Under the pieces are notes generated by a model that made no database searches, was not told where the DNA came from, and worked only from the letters and a program-made list of their open reading frames with translations. Positions 58,593 through 64,000 of a stretch of DNA of 64,000 bases are shown here, one piece after another (within the stretch, counting starts at the first letter, position 1; each line of letters starts with the position of its first letter). The translations under genes were made by a program, and so were the position numbers. Origin of the DNA: Candidatus Bathyarchaeia archaeon (GTDB lineage: Archaea > Thermoproteota > Bathyarchaeia > 40CM-2-53-6); the NCBI GenBank assembly GCA_050013255.1, contig JBEKFP010000002.1, positions 192,001-256,000 on the forward strand. Reading direction: 5' to 3'.

Positions 58593-58620
58593 TGGCGGGC
58601 GGGGAGGGATTCGAACCCCC
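58593..58620 (-). mobile_element. Orphan tRNA 3' end (att-like remnant)
   Basis: GGGGG-TTCGAAT-CCCTC-CCCGCCC-G-CCA with no matching 5' half nearby. Confidence 0.7.
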
Positions 58621-58829
58621 GAGCTACGCAAAGCAAGCTTTGTTCCACTGCCTACGCCTTCGGCTCCGGCACCATCGGCTCCGGAGGTCATTTCCTTCTC
58701 GTTCTCGGTCATTGCACTTTCACTACCTAACCATTCTGTAAATAGTGTGGGCTAGGTTATGAAGTGTAGGGGTAAGTTGAACCCCCATGACGATTCCTCA
58801 GGGCAGCATTTTCACAACGCAAACCTCAA

Positions 58830-59747
58830 GTGTGTTTTCCTCTAACAGCAATCTGGGGCAATTTGACACAATCGGAATTTGAGGAAGAGTTGGACGAAAT
58901 AACCAGCAGCGTCAAAGACCTGGAAATCTACATTGGAATGGCCACTCGCCGATTCAAGGAACGGGACATCGCTGGACTAATCTCTATTCTAAACTCGCAG
59001 TTGCGTTTCGCCAGCCTGGTTCAGATGTTCATCGAGAAGTATGACAGATTCCTCGAAGTCGTGGAAAAAAAGTTCAACATACAACTGAGCAACCCTCCCA
59101 AAGTCCTAAGAACCAAGGTAATTGAGGTGAAAACAGCAATCGGTCAAATAAAACTGAACTTTGCTCAGAAGAAATTCGATATTGCAGGTAGAGCTTTGGA
59201 TGAGATAGAAGAAAAGGTGGCGAATCTAAAACTCGGGTTCGATGAACTTTCCGTTCTCCCCCAAGAATTAGACTACTCTCTATTGAGTAATCAGGATTGG
59301 AGGCTGATTGGAATAGCTGGTATTCACTACAAGGCTAAGGTATTCCTAAGCTACCCTTGGAGGGACAAAGACTCAAGAAAAGATGAAAATGAGATATTGA
59401 TTAGTAGTTATGTTAAACCAATATTCGAAACTTTGGGCATCATTGCGGTTACATTAAGGGACAAGCTACAGGCTCAGGATGATATGACTCAGAAGGCCAA
59501 GGAACTAATCCTTGATGCCGATGGGATAATGGGTTTCTATACCAAAGGGGATTCAATGGAAAATATCGAGTATGAGCTCTCCCTGAGTGACAACGTGGTT
59601 GCCATATTAACTGAACTCGGAGCCAAGTCTCCTTCAATGAGACGGTCAAAGTGGCAGCTCGAATTCAACCGAGATGAAACGGGAGACCTAGTTTTGAAGA
59701 TTATGAGAGCATTGAAGGACAAAGAAATGTTCAGGCTTATTGCCTAA
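58830..59747 (+). CDS. Coiled-coil protein with C-terminal TIR/NDT-like domain
   Basis: KVFLSY...ILDADGIMGFYT...NIEYEL flavodoxin-like pattern. Confidence 0.55.
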   Translation: MCFPLTAIWGNLTQSEFEEELDEITSSVKDLEIYIGMATRRFKERDIAGLISILNSQLRFASLVQMFIEKYDRFLEVVEKKFNIQLSNPPKVLRTKVIEVKTAIGQIKLNFAQKKFDIAGRALDEIEEKVANLKLGFDELSVLPQELDYSLLSNQDWRLIGIAGIHYKAKVFLSYPWRDKDSRKDENEILISSYVKPIFETLGIIAVTLRDKLQAQDDMTQKAKELILDADGIMGFYTKGDSMENIEYELSLSDNVVAILTELGAKSPSMRRSKWQLEFNRDETGDLVLKIMRALKDKEMFRLIA

Positions 59748-59994
59748 GGCACTCGCGCTTTACGAAAGTATGGTTGACCACGGAAAACGTTCAAGAAGGA
59801 TAAACGTCGGAAGGATCTGAAATTCCCCTATGATTCGGTTGGATAATGTGGCTTGGATAAGGTGGATTACGCATGGGCCTGCGGCCCAACGGACTGATTA
59901 TACGGCCTAAAGGCTTCGTGCTGTGCGTGGACGTTTCGCATGTTGGAAAGCTTCATTTCAAGCTAGTTCAGCAATAGTGTTCTGGTCATGAATT

Positions 59995-60417
59995 TTGCCC
60001 GAGAATAAATCTCGCTCAGTCGGACGGTTGAAATTTCGTTGGGTAATATGTGTTCTTGCTGCCGTTGAATTTTCTGAGCTGATGGCGATTTTATTTTACG
60101 TTTCCGTATTTTTTCCAAGCACGATTCCATTTGACCTTGCGAGGGCTGTCTCTGAGAAAATAGTGGATGTTGACACTGCGTTGTTGGGATTCACCGGGGT
60201 TATTGTTGCAGTTTCTATGCAGAACTGGAAGAAAAAATTCAAGCAAGCTCTCGCGGCTCTCGTACCAGTTATAGGACTTCTCCTTGTCTCAATGGCGACC
60301 TGTTTTGGAGCAATTGTAAGAGGTGCCCCGCTCCCCAACCTCGCCTTCTACCTCCCCCTGGCGTTTCTGATAATGGCCGTCACGTTGCTATTCTTCCTTT
60401 TAGCCATAATCTACTAA
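59995..60417 (+). CDS. Hypothetical membrane protein (about 4 TM)
   Basis: Hydrophobic 140-aa ORF. Confidence 0.55.
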   Translation: MPENKSRSVGRLKFRWVICVLAAVEFSELMAILFYVSVFFPSTIPFDLARAVSEKIVDVDTALLGFTGVIVAVSMQNWKKKFKQALAALVPVIGLLLVSMATCFGAIVRGAPLPNLAFYLPLAFLIMAVTLLFFLLAIIY

Positions 60418-60489
60418 ACCCTCGGTCGGAGAATCATGGCCAGCTGAATCGTCCATTCCTGAGTTTTCCGTAGGCGGTAGTTTGTATCA

Positions 60490-60921
60490 TCAAATGTTGA
60501 TGAGCCCAAATTGCTTGGATAGTTTCTTTCCTTGCAATAGGTAGCCGGCTAAGAGAATCGTCGTCATAGCGTCAAGGAATTCTCTGAGATGCATCGAGGT
60601 CCGCAGGCCCAACAGTAGTTGACGAAGTATCGTAACTAGGTAATTCGGTCTTGACACAGTCGCAGACACAACTTTTGTGAAGCCATCGAATAGCATAACG
60701 AACCAATGTTTGTGGCCATTTACGTCCATAATGTAGTATGAGGCTGGAGTGCCAACAGCGTTTGCCGGCATTGGAGGCAATGTAGACGGTTCAGGCGTCG
60801 AGGGCCGAATAACTTGAGTTGTGACCAGTTGATTCTCGTAAGGGATTAATGCTTCAGGCAGCGTGTGGACTGCTATCACAAGTAAGAGCCAAAGAAACAA
60901 TATGACAGCGGATTTGCGCAC
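60490..60921 (-). CDS. Hypothetical membrane/secreted protein
   Basis: Signal-like N-term, Pro-rich linker. Confidence 0.45.
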   Translation of the reverse strand: MRKSAVILFLWLLLVIAVHTLPEALIPYENQLVTTQVIRPSTPEPSTLPPMPANAVGTPASYYIMDVNGHKHWFVMLFDGFTKVVSATVSRPNYLVTILRQLLLGLRTSMHLREFLDAMTTILLAGYLLQGKKLSKQFGLINI

Positions 60922-61297
60922 TCATGGCCCTCCCTCAGAGAGAAACAAACACGGTATAAGCCAATCTCTGAACTGTTTAGGAGTAGATGGGCTTTCAGCT
61001 CTAGAGCCATCTTCCAGCCCTTCCCTTGAACTTCACCATCTATCGCCACATTGCCCAACTTTATCGAACGCATCTGAACCTGTAGTCCTTTCCTTCGGAA
61101 ATGCTTGGCTGTAGCCTACCTAAGCCAACGTAAGTTGGTCAAGAATCTTCCTTCAATATCGCTACGGGTAGCTAAATCCCATATATGCTACTTCGATTTG
61201 TGAGGGCGAATGCACGATGATTTCGGGGTCGCCATTGTATAATTGATTTGTCCCGGTTGTTCTGACTTTCTTGTTTAGGTAGAATGAAACACTGGGG

Positions 61298-62098
61298 CTA
61301 ACCAATCTTTCGTTCGCAGCAATAGCTTGATTGTTTCCTTGGCTGATGTCTTGCTAAAGGTCTTGCTATCACGCAGGCGATAAGGGAACTGACGAGAACG
61401 GCTAGGAAGCCTACTTCTGACGGCAGTTCCGGTATTGGTGTCATCGTAGGCTGCCATTCCATGTACGGTATTGAACTGGGCAGGGTGACAATATCCCCAT
61501 AAACTAACGGTGTTCCCTTAGCCACCAAGTACACGCCATACAAGTTAAGTGTCGAAGGATAAAGTGATGGAGGTTTTTCGCAAACTCGCTGCCTCGTTTC
61601 ATTCAATATTGCACACATTAGGTCAGGCGCGTAACGTGTGTGCGACAAACCTAAGGTATGTCCTAATTCATGCATTATTGCATATTCGAAGCCGAACCCC
61701 GTCGTCCAATTCCTGCTAAGCAGAATTGAGATTGAAGCAGCGTTGGAATCAGGCCGGACCGTGGTCACGCCTTTCCACCATTGGCCAGTGTCTGGAACGT
61801 ATGTTATGGTTATTTGTGATTTGCCAGTTCCATTCACTAGCGTATAGATGGCGCTTGAATCTTTAGGATACCAGCTAGCAACAAACCATTGTTGGGCTTC
61901 ATTCCAAACATTGAGGGCGAACAGCGTTTGGTTGTAGGCCCAAGCGGGTGACTTCGGTATGCTCACGAAAATTGTTTGACTACGCCAATTTGCCTCATTA
62001 AAGATTGGTTGAAAGTAAGTCTGCTGCGCCCCACTCACCAAGGGGATTGTCAGCACTAAGAAAAGGGATAGGGCTGCGAGTGTTTTGAAGGTTCTCAT
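61298..62098 (-). CDS. Secreted matrixin (M10-like) zinc metalloprotease with PEF-CTERM-like tail
   Basis: Signal peptide, HELGHTLGLSH, Met-turn DLM, PIPELP followed by TM. Confidence 0.85.
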   Translation of the reverse strand: MRTFKTLAALSLFLVLTIPLVSGAQQTYFQPIFNEANWRSQTIFVSIPKSPAWAYNQTLFALNVWNEAQQWFVASWYPKDSSAIYTLVNGTGKSQITITYVPDTGQWWKGVTTVRPDSNAASISILLSRNWTTGFGFEYAIMHELGHTLGLSHTRYAPDLMCAILNETRQRVCEKPPSLYPSTLNLYGVYLVAKGTPLVYGDIVTLPSSIPYMEWQPTMTPIPELPSEVGFLAVLVSSLIACVIARPLARHQPRKQSSYCCERKIG

Positions 62099-62135
62099 TC
62101 TCTCTGTTGCGCAGAGTTTCTTCTGAGGTTCTAAC

Positions 62136-62618
62136 TTACGGGCATGATGTGGGGAGGACGCAGTGCGGTCCCTTTGGGTTATCCTGCTGTGTCATGTTGT
62201 ACCCAATCGGATGAGTTACGGGGTCAAAGCTTAGAATTATGGTTTGTGAGGCGGCGGTTTCGCCGAAGGTTCCGTAGCCTACAATTGAGATGTGCGCTCC
62301 AACAATCCATTGGCCGCTTCGATTCGGTGCGGTTGCATAGGTTGTGAAGCTGCCGAATTGGTTTAGGTAGGTTCCAGTTCCAAGGACTTGACTACTTTGA
62401 GCGTCGACGATTTGGATTTGTACGCCCTGAAAGTTGATTGCTGAATCACAAGAGAAATGTGCTTGGGTTTGCGTGGTGAAAGTCTCGTTAGCGAAAGCGG
62501 TACTTGGGAAGAAAACACGGAGGCTGTCAACGTAGCAAGAACTTGCTTTAACCGGTACAACAGTCTGTAGCGGCAGGGTGAGGGCGAATAGAAGCAGGGC
62601 ACATGTGACATATTTCAT
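62136..62618 (-). CDS. Secreted beta-sandwich hypothetical protein
   Basis: Signal peptide ending VKA; beta-rich. Confidence 0.6.
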   Translation of the reverse strand: MKYVTCALLLFALTLPLQTVVPVKASSCYVDSLRVFFPSTAFANETFTTQTQAHFSCDSAINFQGVQIQIVDAQSSQVLGTGTYLNQFGSFTTYATAPNRSGQWIVGAHISIVGYGTFGETAASQTIILSFDPVTHPIGYNMTQQDNPKGPHCVLPTSCP

Positions 62619-62804
62619 GGTGAATTGCCTTGGTCACTTAACGGGTACTTGTCTGCTTTGAAGTTCTCGGACGATTTCCCAACCCTATTCTGTGTGCACT
62701 TTCCCTTCTCTCTTCATATTTCTCGGGGTTCTCCTCGAACATTGCTGTCGAGCCCGTTCTCTCAAGACGTGTCGGTCTTTCAGCGTTAGTTTCGGCGGTA
62801 CTTC

Positions 62805-63755
62805 TCATTTCCTTTTCCGTCTACGTAAGTAAAGGCCCAAGCCTGCTATTCCAGCAACCACTGCAGCGAATATTACACCAATGATTTCATACGCATTTGT
62901 TTTTGTCATTTCATTAGTTTGTAGCGATTTTTGAATTGAAGTTGTCGGTTGCGTTGTCTTTGTTGCTTGAGAGGTTTGAGTTGTCGATGTTGAAGTTGTC
63001 AGAATCGTTTCCGGCAGGAATGATAAATCCGCAAGCCGAGCCATTCTATCTGATTCATATGTTACCCAAGGATATACTAACCCGTCACGATATCCTTTGT
63101 ATTTGTCCAGCGTATTTGCAAATACCGCAAATCCTTTTGCATTTGTCTCAGTGTTGTTGTAGAAGTTTATGCTTTTCATAGAAATGGAAAATTCGTACTG
63201 CAGATTTGTAGATAAGTTATCATTTGGCGACTTGCTGATAGACGCAGCAAAAACTGCATCTTTGAAATATGGTGGGTTTGTAAAAGTTTCTGTAAGTACC
63301 TTTATTGGGTTACCTGGTTGGTTGCTTACTATATGGCCAACCCAGTCAAAATCATCTTTTTGAGGATTATGGTTTGGAAAACCATCTTGCAAAGTATCAA
63401 TATCGATTTCGACTACTATGTCTCTTACCGCAGTTTTTTGTGATATGAAATCAACACAACCATAGAGGCCATTGTCGCTGTATTTTAACATCAAATATCC
63501 TTTCCCAACATTCAAGTAATCTAAGTCGCCAATTCGGGTATACCTAGACATTTCCTTTTTTTCTGCACCCTTCCATTCATCGGCTTTGCAAACTCCATCA
63601 ATTCCTGGAGGATTCTTTGTATAGGGAACTTTCAAATCAACTCCAATCACATACCCAGGTGGACTCACAGTTGTTTGTCCTTGAACTGACGCGGCTCCAA
63701 GCAGACTCGCAAGTATCACTGCCATGCTAAGAATCTGTTTAGCCCACATTCGCAA
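62805..63755 (-). CDS. Surface protein: signal peptide, DOMON/CBM9-like domain, Thr-rich linker, C-terminal TM
   Basis: PGIDG...DEW motif, TTSTSTTQTS linker, TM with RRRKRK tail; visibly AT-rich DNA. Confidence 0.65.
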   Translation of the reverse strand: MRMWAKQILSMAVILASLLGAASVQGQTTVSPPGYVIGVDLKVPYTKNPPGIDGVCKADEWKGAEKKEMSRYTRIGDLDYLNVGKGYLMLKYSDNGLYGCVDFISQKTAVRDIVVEIDIDTLQDGFPNHNPQKDDFDWVGHIVSNQPGNPIKVLTETFTNPPYFKDAVFAASISKSPNDNLSTNLQYEFSISMKSINFYNNTETNAKGFAVFANTLDKYKGYRDGLVYPWVTYESDRMARLADLSFLPETILTTSTSTTQTSQATKTTQPTTSIQKSLQTNEMTKTNAYEIIGVIFAAVVAGIAGLGLYLRRRKRK

Positions 63756-64000
63756 GGTTCCGAACTCTTCCGCTCACATTGACGAGAGAGGCGAAGTTAC
63801 TTAGCATTTTGTCTTACAACTTGTGTAGCGTCGATTCAAAGCGTTTTGAAGGTCGCTAGGTTGTATGGCTTAGTTTCAGCGATTGCGTTATGTCCTTGCC
63901 GTTTCTCGATAATCTTGTCATCTATGAATTGGTACTGGCGTTTGCATGAGCCGCATGAGAAATTGAATTCATCAATCTCGCTCGCATGCTCCCACCGCTT

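Noticed and set aside
58547-58741. ORF containing MAGGEGFEPP as a split SSV-type integrase fragment
   Set aside because: Reads as the antisense of a tRNA 3' end; no tyrosine-recombinase motifs follow
1-64000. CRISPR array or rRNA genes
   Set aside because: No regularly spaced 24-40-bp repeats with spacers, no cas genes and no rRNA signatures seen

Overview
Archaeal chromosomal DNA, most like a TACK-group (Bathyarchaeia/Nitrososphaerota-like) aerobic heterotroph; the lineage is inferred from gene content only. The core has CoA biosynthesis genes (ECF S-component, pantoate kinase, PPAT), AlaX, dCTP deaminase, acyl-CoA dehydrogenase, aldolase/FBPase/TPI, a polyprenyl synthase and two geranylgeranyl reductases. 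The respiratory block holds a membrane-arm-only complex I operon (nuoA-H-J-K-M-L-M...N) of the 2M type with a lengthened NuoL helix, interrupted by an inverted partial A/V-ATPase cluster (H/G, E, C, K), followed by a Rieske-cytochrome b-CuA protein-heme O synthase operon. Next come pncB, a copper/thiol-redox island around copA, a ThiF plus THUMP-less ThiI pair, mntR-mntH and an isocitrate/isopropylmalate dehydrogenase. The most striking signal is absent from the ORF track: a tRNA-Gln(CUG) gene split by FOUR bulge-helix-bulge introns (21/22, 29/30, 37/38, 53/54) and a tRNA-Cys(GCA) gene split by three (8/9, 37/38, 48/49). Each splices to a canonical 76-nt cloverleaf. Accessory DNA sits at tRNA 3' ends: a HEPN-like cassette beside tRNA-Gln, a 1.36-kb att-bounded mini-island at tRNA-Cys, and an island from about 58.6 kb bounded by an orphan tRNA 3' end. 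Also present are a free-standing LAGLIDADG gene, a DDE transposase relic, a hairpin-rich non-coding region and two small TRASH/YHS genes missed by the track. No CRISPR array or rRNA was seen. All protein calls are from motif recognition by eye; no database searches were run.
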